DNA of 64,000 nt from a virus. The DNA lies in the IMG/VR virus record IMGVR_UViG_3300010883_028422, positions 71,426 through 135,425 of that record. One strand, 5' to 3'. Below the pieces are notes generated by a model that was given only the letters and a program-made list of their open reading frames with translations, was not told where the DNA came from and made no database searches. This document shows, piece by piece, positions 1-9,965 of this stretch. Numbering within the stretch: position 1 is the stretch's first letter; each line of letters starts with the position of its first letter. A program made the translations under genes and the position numbers.

Positions 1-3000
1 ATGAGTTCTGATAAGCTTAGATATATTGTTGACTCTGGACTTGGAGACTCAAGGGGCAGGCTGTCTTTGTTTAAAGACGGAAAGGGCTTTTTAAACTTTA
101 GAATATTTGATGATTATGAAAAGAATTATGGTGAAACCGGATTTTACAATCTTGCAACAAATATAAAATACTTCAAACCCGGAGAGCTACATCATGTTGC
201 GGCAAGCTGGAGGTTAAATTCTCTTGAGGAAAAGGACGAGATGCACTTGTTTGTAGACGGAATAGAGGCTCCAAACATATTTAAATTTGGTGGTGCAGTT
301 CCGGTTAAAATAAATGATAAATTTTCAGATGTTAGCAAAGAAGTACTGCAAAGTTTTACCGTTGATGATATAGAATATTCTGAGTCATATTATGATGGAA
401 TTACTTCTGCATCAAGTTCTGTATTTATGTCAGAATCAGCCGGATTCACCTCCGACATGGTAGGCAGAAGTATAATAATTGAAAATTCAACTTTGGCGCC
501 AACTTTAATTGGTGGCGAATATATAATAGCATCTGCATCAGGAAGCCAGGCGACATTTGTTCGTGGAGAATCATTAAGTCCCGTTGTATTTGATGTTTCT
601 ACAGCAGATATTCAATTTAAATTTCCACCTACGGCTGGCATATCTAATAATGTTTTAACAGACATAAAGAATGATAAGGCTGCAATATTTAAAACAAATT
701 GTGATTTTGAGTCTGAAGAGATTGGTGGAATTTTTTACGAAGTAGTTAATGGTGAAATATCAATAGTTTCTGGCAGCAATGTTGTCAAGCCAAAGTTTAG
801 AGCAGATGTAGACTCAAGAGTTATTGAGTTTGTAGGAAAAGATGAAAACTGCATGTTTAATAACACTGTTAATTACACAGATCTTGATGTTCATATAGAA
901 TCGTTTGGATTGATATCCAGAAGAGTAAACTCAATAATAGAGCTATCTTCTTCGTCATATAATTCTCAAACGAGGCCAGACACAGGTGTTTCGCTATTTG
1001 CAGGCGTCTCAAAATCATCTGGGGCGGGTGAAAGTTATATAAAAACAACCGGCCCTCAACCACTATCTCTTGGAGACGTAAAAATAAGAAGGATTGTTTT
1101 AGAGAAAACCGTAGTGGATATTAGCCCAATACTTGTTGATGGTGAGTTATACAGTCAGTCAAATATTGAATTGGATTTTGATGACGGAGAGCATCTTCTT
1201 ATAACAGAAGAGTTGAATACCTCGAAGACAAATATGGGCAGAAGGTTGTCTGTATTTTTTGATTCAGATAATATCAGATATTGTGATACGTATGTCGATG
1301 AAGCAACAGTGATTCCGTGTGTTGACGGATATGACGGATATGACGGATATGACGGATATGACGGATATTGTGAAGATATTGAGGGAATTATATATATTCC
1401 AAGAAATATTATAACAGTATATGGAGAAACAATAGGCGGGAATGATAGTGAGGATTTTATTATAGATAAAAATGGTGAGTTTAATGGAGAAAAATTCTTT
1501 ACATCAATAAGTAATATTGAAATATCCCTTCTTGTGTCTGATCCTGATTATTTTGAATTAGGCGTAATATCAATAATGGAGCTTGATCCTATAACAGTGC
1601 AAAATAATAATGGCTCGTATGTATCTATTGATGAATTTTATAATGGAACATTTATGATTTCTGAAGCAGGGTCCGAGGGGCTATTCCCGTTTGAACTTCC
1701 GCCAGGAAAATATCATCTTGATTATGCAGCATATCTGAAGCTGTTTCTCCCCCTAATTGGTGATAGAATTTTTATAGGAAGCGATATTCATGGCGAGAAC
1801 CAATTATGCGGAGTTGTTGATGAATTTAGGATAATTTCAGAAATGTCCGGAGATACTAGGCCGACCGAGATGGCCACTAGTTCAACGAGAAGCATAACTA
1901 ATGATTTTAATAGACCAATACCGTTCTGTCTTGATGAGCAAACGCTATCCCTCATTCATTTTGACAATCCAATTGAGTGGCAGGCGAGAAGGCTTAGGAC
2001 TAAAGAGTTTTTAAATACAGATACAAACTTTAAGTTTAAAATACCATTTGATCAGAGAGAGGTCCTTGTTAATTATGTAAATGATGAAGAGAGTTTTGTT
2101 AAAAAGATGAAATATTTTGAATTTAGCAATGATGATGCAATAAAAACATTTTATGAGGTACATAAAGCAGAAGGCGGCCCTCTTGTTAATAACGGAACAT
2201 ACTTAGACCAGTATAATGATGTTCCTTTAAGCTCAACAAGCGTAAATGAGTATTTTGGAAAATCTGGAGTATTTGATAATGGAAACGCTCTTCTGTACGA
2301 GAATGATGGTGGTATATTCAGAAGAGATGAGGGTACGATCGAGTTTTGGATAAGCCCGCTGTTAGATGTGAAGAATGATTTGGAGGAAAGGTATTTTGTT
2401 GACATATACTCTATTGAGCGGAAAAGAATAAGTTCTGATTCTGCATCAAAGATTGTTCTTCCAGTTGCAGCTAGCAAGGTTGTGAGCATTACGCTGCTTA
2501 GAAACACGCAAGAATTTTCAGATTTATTTTCAAAATCTGAGATTGACAATATATTATTTGATGAGCTACATATAAACAAGGTTACGGGCCGCCTGTCGGG
2601 CGGTACGGGCGTTGAAAAGGACTTTGTATACGGAAGCACCCTGTCCCCTGACGGAAGGGAGCTGACGCTGTCTGAGCCGCTTCCGTCGTTTAACACCGAT
2701 GTTGTAGTGACGTATGTTCCAAGTGGCTCTAGTGGAGACAGAATATCTGTCTTTAAAGACTCTGAGAATGAATTGGTATTTAGAATTATTGCAAATGGAG
2801 ACGAGCATATAGTAAATAGGACTATAGACTGGAGAAGAAATTCTTGGCACAGAGTTACATGCTTGTACAAAACAAATTCACCATCAGATACTATGTCAAT
2901 TATGATTGATGACGAAGAGGGCGGCATGCTTAGATTTGGTGAAGATGGCTCTAAATTTGGAGATGGAATGACTATTGGTCAAATTGCGGCAAAAGAAGGC

Positions 3001-3453
3001 AATGTTGCTGTTAATGATTTTAATATAGATTTATCAGATAATTTTAGGTTAATATCTATTGGCGCGTCTGTTTTGGGAAATAAATCAGGAAAGTGTAGGA
3101 TGGATAACGTAAGATTCAGCAGGTTGATTAGATCTCCATATTATGATTCTGCTGGGATGCCAATTGATCCCAATTATTCATCAAACTTAAATACTGTATC
3201 GCAAGTTGCGTATGATGATGCCACGACAAAAGTTATTAATTTTGATGAGGAGCTTGATATGTCAAATAGGTTTGCCAGATTAATTGATCCAAAGTATGGC
3301 ATATTTGACTTTGATTTAGAGGTTGTTGATGACTTAAAGCGTGTTATTGGGGTTAGTGATGGTAGGATTGAAGATTTGATAATAGAGCTTGCAAATAGAC
3401 TTAAACCTGCACATAGCAACGTGCTTGTAAAATTCTTTAATAAACATTGCTAA
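1..3453 (+). CDS. Large acidic virion/baseplate-associated protein with two LamG (concanavalin A-like) domains; probably 5'-truncated by the window
   Basis: LamG-type motifs HHVAASW..LFVDG, IFIGSD..GVVDEFRI, GTIEFWI, WHRVTCLY, MDNVRFS. The C-terminal RLKPAHS resembles phage baseplate-wedge termini. The ATG at base 1 may be internal. Confidence 0.6.
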   Translation: MSSDKLRYIVDSGLGDSRGRLSLFKDGKGFLNFRIFDDYEKNYGETGFYNLATNIKYFKPGELHHVAASWRLNSLEEKDEMHLFVDGIEAPNIFKFGGAVPVKINDKFSDVSKEVLQSFTVDDIEYSESYYDGITSASSSVFMSESAGFTSDMVGRSIIIENSTLAPTLIGGEYIIASASGSQATFVRGESLSPVVFDVSTADIQFKFPPTAGISNNVLTDIKNDKAAIFKTNCDFESEEIGGIFYEVVNGEISIVSGSNVVKPKFRADVDSRVIEFVGKDENCMFNNTVNYTDLDVHIESFGLISRRVNSIIELSSSSYNSQTRPDTGVSLFAGVSKSSGAGESYIKTTGPQPLSLGDVKIRRIVLEKTVVDISPILVDGELYSQSNIELDFDDGEHLLITEELNTSKTNMGRRLSVFFDSDNIRYCDTYVDEATVIPCVDGYDGYDGYDGYDGYCEDIEGIIYIPRNIITVYGETIGGNDSEDFIIDKNGEFNGEKFFTSISNIEISLLVSDPDYFELGVISIMELDPITVQNNNGSYVSIDEFYNGTFMISEAGSEGLFPFELPPGKYHLDYAAYLKLFLPLIGDRIFIGSDIHGENQLCGVVDEFRIISEMSGDTRPTEMATSSTRSITNDFNRPIPFCLDEQTLSLIHFDNPIEWQARRLRTKEFLNTDTNFKFKIPFDQREVLVNYVNDEESFVKKMKYFEFSNDDAIKTFYEVHKAEGGPLVNNGTYLDQYNDVPLSSTSVNEYFGKSGVFDNGNALLYENDGGIFRRDEGTIEFWISPLLDVKNDLEERYFVDIYSIERKRISSDSASKIVLPVAASKVVSITLLRNTQEFSDLFSKSEIDNILFDELHINKVTGRLSGGTGVEKDFVYGSTLSPDGRELTLSEPLPSFNTDVVVTYVPSGSSGDRISVFKDSENELVFRIIANGDEHIVNRTIDWRRNSWHRVTCLYKTNSPSDTMSIMIDDEEGGMLRFGEDGSKFGDGMTIGQIAAKEGNVAVNDFNIDLSDNFRLISIGASVLGNKSGKCRMDNVRFSRLIRSPYYDSAGMPIDPNYSSNLNTVSQVAYDDATTKVINFDEELDMSNRFARLIDPKYGIFDFDLEVVDDLKRVIGVSDGRIEDLIIELANRLKPAHSNVLVKFFNKHC
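1324..1368 (+). repeat. Perfect tandem repeat (GACGGATAT)x5 encoding (DGY)5
   Basis: Read directly: five exact 9-bp copies, in frame within ORF 1..3453. Confidence 0.97.
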
Positions 3454-3486
3454 ATGCTCTATTAATAATGCTAAATATTATCGAAG

Positions 3487-6400
3487 TTGTATGTATTAGG
3501 AGAATTGATGGCCAATAATAATTATAGGGGTCTCATACCAAGGGTTAACTTTTTTGATGGCCAAAAGGTTACAGAGTCAGATATGGATTCTGAGCAGGTC
3601 TATAACAGGACTGTTATTTCTGGAATTGTTAATGATTTTCATGGAAGTGGAATAGTATGGGAAGATCGATTTAAAGAGCGAACTCTGCTAGATACATCTA
3701 TGCCGGGAAGCTATTCTGATGGAAATGACAATTTATCAAAAATTGTGATTGAATCTGGAAATTATGATGGAATGGCAATATCCCTTGATCGCGGCCCCAT
3801 AGATACGGTTATGGGGAGCAGAGTCGAGGTTGAACTGTCTGACTCGGATGTATCTGGAAATAATTATGCAGTTGTATTAATAATAGGATTTGCTTTTGAT
3901 GGTATAGATGAGGGCGGAAGGCTTGTAAGTGAGTTTATTACGTTTAAAGAGAATAGTGTAAGACTGTCCAATCACTATTATCTTAGTATAAATTCTGTAT
4001 TTTTTAATAACTTTTCTGGTGGGCTAGGAAGAACCCATGTAGAGTCAGAGAAGAAGAGCGTCAATAATGGTGGACGAATAGTCATCAGAGAAACAACGCC
4101 ATTCTCAATATATCCGCAGCCAATTGTATCATCTCAATTTGGAATGCCAAATGTATTTTTTAGAGATTTTATTACGTCTAGTCCATCAAAAATAATTGAG
4201 GACGAAATAAAAGAGGCGTTTGGCTCAACAATAAATTTTAATGAGTTATATTTTGAAATAGAATCAGAGTCTCAGCTAGAATTTAGGAAAGACGGGTCAA
4301 GCTCTGTAGCGTATGGTCAGAAATTTTTATTTGAATCAAATAATTTGCAAAAAATAAGCATATTGTTATCTGTTGAAAATGATGAAGATGCGGATATTGG
4401 AGAGGAATATAATTTTTCCGGAGACATAGTCCTCTCTATATATGAGCTTGCGACGGATACAAACTGCCCAACTGATGTAATCCCGGACAACCTTATAGAC
4501 TTTGATCCTGAGCTAAATTCAATAATGGAATTATCATATAGTATGCATGATCTTGAGGATCTTGGGTATAGGCTAAATAATGTATCATCAATTGTTGACT
4601 TTAATTTTGCCGGAACATTGATTGCGGACCCGGTTATAGAGCCAAGCCTGGAGTCCGGGAAGTATTATGCGTTTATGGTGACGAGAAGGGGTGACAATAG
4701 GGTCGGAACAGTCATTATGGAGAAGGGGTTTGACCCTGTTGCGAGAAAAAATGATAATAGCCAAACCTTATCAAAGTTAGAGCAATTTGGAATGCAGAAG
4801 ACCAGATTTGTAGAATTTGATCCATCTACAAGCAGATATGTTGATGATTATAGAAAGTCACTGTGGTTTGCGATACACTCAGACACCGTAGAGGTTACAA
4901 GCGGGCTGGCATATTCTGAAGATGGATTCTTAATAGCTCTTCCAAAGACAGAAGAGTATATCGGAAATTCACAAATATCAAGATTTGAAAGAAATATACC
5001 GCTTGTAGATGTAGCTGAAGGTGCTAAAAATTATATATTACTATCAAATTCAAGTAAATATCTGGACCCAGACGTTCACCCAAGAACTGGTAACTTTGTT
5101 TATACAAGAATTCTTGATTCTGCAGCAATATCGGTGGTATCGGAAGATGACTTGGATGAGCTATTAGATGATATAGAGCCGATAATCCTGGCCAAAGTTT
5201 CTGATAAGAACGTAAGAGAGTTTAGCGATATAAGTGGTACATTCTCTATAGCAGGCCTCTATGATAGAAACAGCATTTATATAATAGATCCGGATAATGA
5301 CCTTCTTGAGTCAAATTTAGTAAATATGATAATTACTCCAGATTTGGACTGTGAGTGTACAAATAAGTATAGGATAACAAGGACTGAGTGTTACTATGCA
5401 ATGTCTGGTGATTTAGATAGTGATGGTGAGCTTACGCTGCAAGATGTATACACTATGCTTGATTATGTTGGAAGCACTATAAACTCAGAAACAACAGAAA
5501 GAAAGCTTCTCGGTGGCGAGCTTGATATAGTTAGTTTTATAAAAGCAGATTTAAATGATGATGAAACTATTGATGGGCTTGATATAGAACTGCTTGAGGA
5601 TGCGATTGATGGGTATGTTAACTTTTCAATAGAAGAAAGATTTAGGGTATTGAAGATAAGTGTAGAAAATATATTAAGCGAAGATAACTACCCGGTCTTA
5701 TTTTTAGATGAAGATTTAACATCATATTCTAGTATAGACGAGTCTACTATTGGATTTATTTCTAGTTCGGAAGAAATAGCTCTGGCCATAAGGATTGGCG
5801 ATATAGTTATAGTCCCGCCCGAGAGTGGTGACGCGGGTTCATATATAATTGATGGCAAAACAATAGGGGATGATGGAATTTCCGTCCTACTATCTGTTAC
5901 AGATTTAGATGGAAATAGCGTAGTGTTTTCTGGTAGCTTAGGATTTAATATTGAAATAATAAGCGGAACAAGAACAAATATGTTGGCTGATAACAGCCGG
6001 CTTCTTTCTGTTCCGTATGAAGATAAGAATTTTTCAATATCATTTATAGATGCTGCATTTGAAGGCAGATTTATAGATATATGCGATTTGCGCAGGTATG
6101 TCGAATCTACATTCATAGAGGAATCAGATTACGGATTATGCAAATGTGAGGAGCCAGAGTGTCAGACTCCAGAGATATGTAGCCCTCAATATAAAAATCA
6201 GTATATCGTGCCAAATGATTTGTATATACCAAATGGTGAGATATATTCTTCTCCCGGAATACCATATCATGGTGACTTTGAATATTCAAAAATACGAATT
6301 CCAATGCCTCCGGGCACAATAGAAGATTGTCAGATAAATCTTTATGAGACATTTATAAAATCTAAGGATGAGGAGTGCCTTACTGCCGCTGGATATCCTG

Positions 6401-8808
6401 CGATGAAGTATTCTGATGGAACATATGTTGGATGCGAAGATGTTGGTAGCGATACAGACATAAGCAAAGGCCGCGTAAAGATTTCAGAGGCAATAGCTAG
6501 TTTGTACGTAGATTCGTTTATAGACGGCTACGCTGCAGAGGATGGGTATGAAGAGCACCTAGAGTCAACAAGCTTTTCTCTTCTGGAGATGATAAATGAG
6601 TCATTTGAGGATAAAAGTTATGATTCTTTTGAGACATGGCCTTTAAACGTTTTTAGCGATGCATCTGTAGTTACGGTGTCTGCTCCGACAGGACCGAATG
6701 AGCCAGCGGTATTCTCAATATTTACAACACCAGACGTGCCACCAAAATTTGGAAGAATTGATGTTTCATCGTCTCCGGACATAGACGCGTCCGGTGATTT
6801 TGTATTAGACTTTAATGCTTATAGGTCAGTATGGCCAGGCGAATCTTTGTCAAGTGGAGTGTTAAGCTCTTACATGCTTGTTGAAATAGATAATGCTGAT
6901 GGTACAACATCAGAAATTTCATTTGGATGGCGAGAAGAGGCTGGTCTGGGGACTAAGCTCTTTTACTCCGGGAAGATGTATGATTCTAGCGGAGCGCTAA
7001 CGAGTGTTTTTGATTACGAAGTTGACGCAGAAGACGCGCTTGGCGACGAAGTTATGTTTAGGATTAGAAGGATTGATGATGTTTGCACTGCAATGTATTT
7101 TAATCCATCAAATATAGATTTGGTAAATAATCCGGACGGACAATATATGAGGGTTGGTGAGAATCCAAGCGCTCATCCTGGCGGTGGTGATGCGAGAATT
7201 TCTTATAGGCTTGAGCAGGATCGATCGCCACCATCAAGTCTGTCTTTCTCTACAAGCTTGGTCAATGTGTATATTGAGTCAAGTTATTCTTCAGAAATTG
7301 CTTCTGACGAGTATGTTGAGATATCTAAAGATTCATTTGATAATGTAAAGCAAACCACTGTGTCATTTCCGCTTAATTTGCCCAAAAAGACAAGCGTAGT
7401 TGCTGCGTATATAAGGTTAAATTCATATGGCGCTACATCAACAACTGATTTGTTTAACATTATACCAATAACCTCAATACATGCAGATAATCTTGGTATA
7501 TTTTATAATTACGCAAAGACTCAAAATGATTCCATCATAGCATCCTTTAGGCCTGGAATTGCTGCAGACTCTGAAGAAATATTGGTTGATGTAACATCAA
7601 CAGTAATAGCGAGCTTGGCCGAGCCTGGGCACCTCCCCGGGTATGTAAAGGCATTTATAATAGAGCCGGATGATTCTGCAACTACGTCATTCTCATTCTA
7701 TTCAGACAGCATAGAGCTTGTGGTTGAATATTTAGATATGACAACTGGAGTTATATTTAAAGTCGGGGTGAGCCTCGATCCCACAACTGGCATTGCTTCG
7801 TTTAAAACAAAGAATGTTTTATATGATGTTATGATTGAGGAAAATCGCACGGTTATAGAGTTTGGAGTATTCTTGAAAAAATCAGGATTTATTAATTCTG
7901 ATATAAGCATAGGACTTCAAGAGCTTAGTAGGATTGGGATTGGAACATGTACTGACGATGATGAGCTTCTTGCAGATGATGAATGCTTCTTTATAGCCGG
8001 AAATACTGCTACTGGCACATTTGTAGAGGGCCCATTCCCATGCGCATTCCACCTGCCGCAGTATGCATTGTCATCCGCCGGTCTTGCAGGTCTTGTGCAG
8101 ATAAGCACGTCTAGTCATGCCCCCACCTCTGGTCATGCCCCAACTTCTACTTCTAGCTCATCTGCGACTACAAGCGGCAGTAGCTCTCCGCCACCGTCGC
8201 ACGGCCCGCCACCTGCTCCTAGTTCAGGTGCGCTTCCCGCAGGCGCTGGGCAATATTTGCATGGCAAGTGGAAGGTTACAGGGCATGATTCAATTGCGGC
8301 GGGACTGCCAGCGCCCCCTGGCGCCGCACCTGGTGTTGGTGTAAACTTTATGCTATCTATTGATGAAAACCTTTGGACATATTTTGAAGAATTTGATGCA
8401 GCGGGAGATGGGGCATTCGTACCATGTAATTATGACGGCTCTATATCGGCAGGGCCACTTACTGTGAATTATACTTCAACTAGTACACCAGTAATTGAAG
8501 GTGACTTTTCACACGCAGGAACCCCCGCAACCTCTGTTTATGGACCTGATGGCCCCCCAAGAGATTGTCATGCTGATGATTTTGACCCATGGGCTGGAGG
8601 GCTGGCGGCTCTGATCGGTGTGAATAACCTGGGGCACACCGCATCGCCATTCTCACCACTAACATTTGAGATTAACACGGGTCATACGCCATGGATTCTA
8701 ATAATAACAACTCAGCCAGTTGGTGGAGATTTTGCAACAGGCGTGTATAACAGAATAACTCTTGAAAGAGAAAGCGACACCCCTGACGTTATTGTAGCAA
8801 CGCCCTAA
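3487..8808 (+). CDS. Very large virion structural protein (tail/baseplate-associated) with a dockerin-like Ca-binding pair, S/T/P-rich linker and C-terminal accessory domain
   Basis: The N-terminal PRVNFFDGQKVTESDMDSEQ resembles the NYFxGQxLTxxDLxxEQxY motif of contractile-tail proteins. GDLDSDGELTLQD...ADLNDDETIDGLD pair. Likely true start is ATG 3508 after AGGAG. Confidence 0.6.
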   Translation: MYVLGELMANNNYRGLIPRVNFFDGQKVTESDMDSEQVYNRTVISGIVNDFHGSGIVWEDRFKERTLLDTSMPGSYSDGNDNLSKIVIESGNYDGMAISLDRGPIDTVMGSRVEVELSDSDVSGNNYAVVLIIGFAFDGIDEGGRLVSEFITFKENSVRLSNHYYLSINSVFFNNFSGGLGRTHVESEKKSVNNGGRIVIRETTPFSIYPQPIVSSQFGMPNVFFRDFITSSPSKIIEDEIKEAFGSTINFNELYFEIESESQLEFRKDGSSSVAYGQKFLFESNNLQKISILLSVENDEDADIGEEYNFSGDIVLSIYELATDTNCPTDVIPDNLIDFDPELNSIMELSYSMHDLEDLGYRLNNVSSIVDFNFAGTLIADPVIEPSLESGKYYAFMVTRRGDNRVGTVIMEKGFDPVARKNDNSQTLSKLEQFGMQKTRFVEFDPSTSRYVDDYRKSLWFAIHSDTVEVTSGLAYSEDGFLIALPKTEEYIGNSQISRFERNIPLVDVAEGAKNYILLSNSSKYLDPDVHPRTGNFVYTRILDSAAISVVSEDDLDELLDDIEPIILAKVSDKNVREFSDISGTFSIAGLYDRNSIYIIDPDNDLLESNLVNMIITPDLDCECTNKYRITRTECYYAMSGDLDSDGELTLQDVYTMLDYVGSTINSETTERKLLGGELDIVSFIKADLNDDETIDGLDIELLEDAIDGYVNFSIEERFRVLKISVENILSEDNYPVLFLDEDLTSYSSIDESTIGFISSSEEIALAIRIGDIVIVPPESGDAGSYIIDGKTIGDDGISVLLSVTDLDGNSVVFSGSLGFNIEIISGTRTNMLADNSRLLSVPYEDKNFSISFIDAAFEGRFIDICDLRRYVESTFIEESDYGLCKCEEPECQTPEICSPQYKNQYIVPNDLYIPNGEIYSSPGIPYHGDFEYSKIRIPMPPGTIEDCQINLYETFIKSKDEECLTAAGYPAMKYSDGTYVGCEDVGSDTDISKGRVKISEAIASLYVDSFIDGYAAEDGYEEHLESTSFSLLEMINESFEDKSYDSFETWPLNVFSDASVVTVSAPTGPNEPAVFSIFTTPDVPPKFGRIDVSSSPDIDASGDFVLDFNAYRSVWPGESLSSGVLSSYMLVEIDNADGTTSEISFGWREEAGLGTKLFYSGKMYDSSGALTSVFDYEVDAEDALGDEVMFRIRRIDDVCTAMYFNPSNIDLVNNPDGQYMRVGENPSAHPGGGDARISYRLEQDRSPPSSLSFSTSLVNVYIESSYSSEIASDEYVEISKDSFDNVKQTTVSFPLNLPKKTSVVAAYIRLNSYGATSTTDLFNIIPITSIHADNLGIFYNYAKTQNDSIIASFRPGIAADSEEILVDVTSTVIASLAEPGHLPGYVKAFIIEPDDSATTSFSFYSDSIELVVEYLDMTTGVIFKVGVSLDPTTGIASFKTKNVLYDVMIEENRTVIEFGVFLKKSGFINSDISIGLQELSRIGIGTCTDDDELLADDECFFIAGNTATGTFVEGPFPCAFHLPQYALSSAGLAGLVQISTSSHAPTSGHAPTSTSSSSATTSGSSSPPPSHGPPPAPSSGALPAGAGQYLHGKWKVTGHDSIAAGLPAPPGAAPGVGVNFMLSIDENLWTYFEEFDAAGDGAFVPCNYDGSISAGPLTVNYTSTSTPVIEGDFSHAGTPATSVYGPDGPPRDCHADDFDPWAGGLAALIGVNNLGHTASPFSPLTFEINTGHTPWILIITTQPVGGDFATGVYNRITLERESDTPDVIVATP

Positions 8809-8873
8809 TCTATATTTCTGTTTATTTTAATGGTAAGCAGATTCGCTATAGCGTAATATTCTTTATATATTGT

Positions 8874-9965
8874 ATGGAGAATATTTTGTATAACGTAAGA
8901 ATGCATACTATGCTTGGCACGAATCACAGCTGGGCTGTTGTTATGAGAAATATTGCAAAATCACTTATTTCTCTTGATAATAATATTTGTATGAAGACAA
9001 CAAATGGTATGTCAAATATAGATTCATTATTGTATGATTATTTTAATAAATCTAATAAAAATATTGATTTAGACATATGCTACACTCTTCCGAGAAATTT
9101 TAATAGAAGATTTTTAAAAAATAGTAGGCTAAAGGCGGCTATATATAATTACGAAACAGATGTTATGCCAAAAGAATGGGCTGAAAATTCTAAATATATA
9201 GACTACGCCTTCCCCTCTAGTTCGTTTTCTAAAGATATATTTTTAAAAAATGGCTGGCCAGAAGAAAAGTGTGTTGTTATTCCGCATGGAATTAATCTTT
9301 GTGATTTTGAAAACAAAGACGCATTTAGCCCCTCAACAAATAAATCATTTAAGTTTTTAAACGTATCAATTCCTCATCATAGGAAAAATATAGACTTGCT
9401 GATTGACTCATATTATGATGCGTTTACAGATGATGATGACGTATGCCTTATGATAAAAACAAAATTGAAGAAGCCAAAGTTTTCTTTTGAATCTGATGTT
9501 AAAAAAATTATTATTAATGCTCAAAAGAAATTTTTTGGAAAAAATTTACCACAAATAGAGATTTTGACCAAAAGCTTTGAGAGCATGACTCCTGTTTATA
9601 ATTGTTCAAATGCATTAGTTAGCGCGTCATCATCAGAGTGCTTCGGCCTGCCGATGCTTGAAGCAATTTCTGCTGGGAAAATTGTTATTGCTCCAAATGC
9701 AACTGGACATTTGGACTTTTTAAATAAAAATAACTCTATATTATATGAGTCGGACCCTATTGCTGCGCCTATATCATATCAGTACTGGAGGCCGTCCAAG
9801 GGGGCCCTGACATATATGCCGAGAGGGGACGAGCTTTCTCAGTCAATGATTGATGTTTATAAAAATTATGATAAATATTTACATAAATTTAAAGATAATA
9901 TGACAAAAACATCTGAAGATTTTACATGGGAGTCTGCCGTAAAAAAAATATTGGAGCTATTATGA
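8874..9965 (+). CDS. GT-B glycosyltransferase (GT4-like)
   Basis: YETD..P, VIPHG, RKNIDLLI and ECFGLPMLEA (E-x7-E motif). Confidence 0.88.
   Translation: MENILYNVRMHTMLGTNHSWAVVMRNIAKSLISLDNNICMKTTNGMSNIDSLLYDYFNKSNKNIDLDICYTLPRNFNRRFLKNSRLKAAIYNYETDVMPKEWAENSKYIDYAFPSSSFSKDIFLKNGWPEEKCVVIPHGINLCDFENKDAFSPSTNKSFKFLNVSIPHHRKNIDLLIDSYYDAFTDDDDVCLMIKTKLKKPKFSFESDVKKIIINAQKKFFGKNLPQIEILTKSFESMTPVYNCSNALVSASSSECFGLPMLEAISAGKIVIAPNATGHLDFLNKNNSILYESDPIAAPISYQYWRPSKGALTYMPRGDELSQSMIDVYKNYDKYLHKFKDNMTKTSEDFTWESAVKKILELL

Noticed and set aside
2151-2927. 258-aa minus-strand ORF and the many other antisense ORFs in the track (e.g. 5688..6116, 32936..33352, 40617..41066, 54609..54989)
   Set aside because: They lie fully opposite well-supported genes, have Ser/Ile/Phe-rich shadow composition, and show no motifs or RBS.
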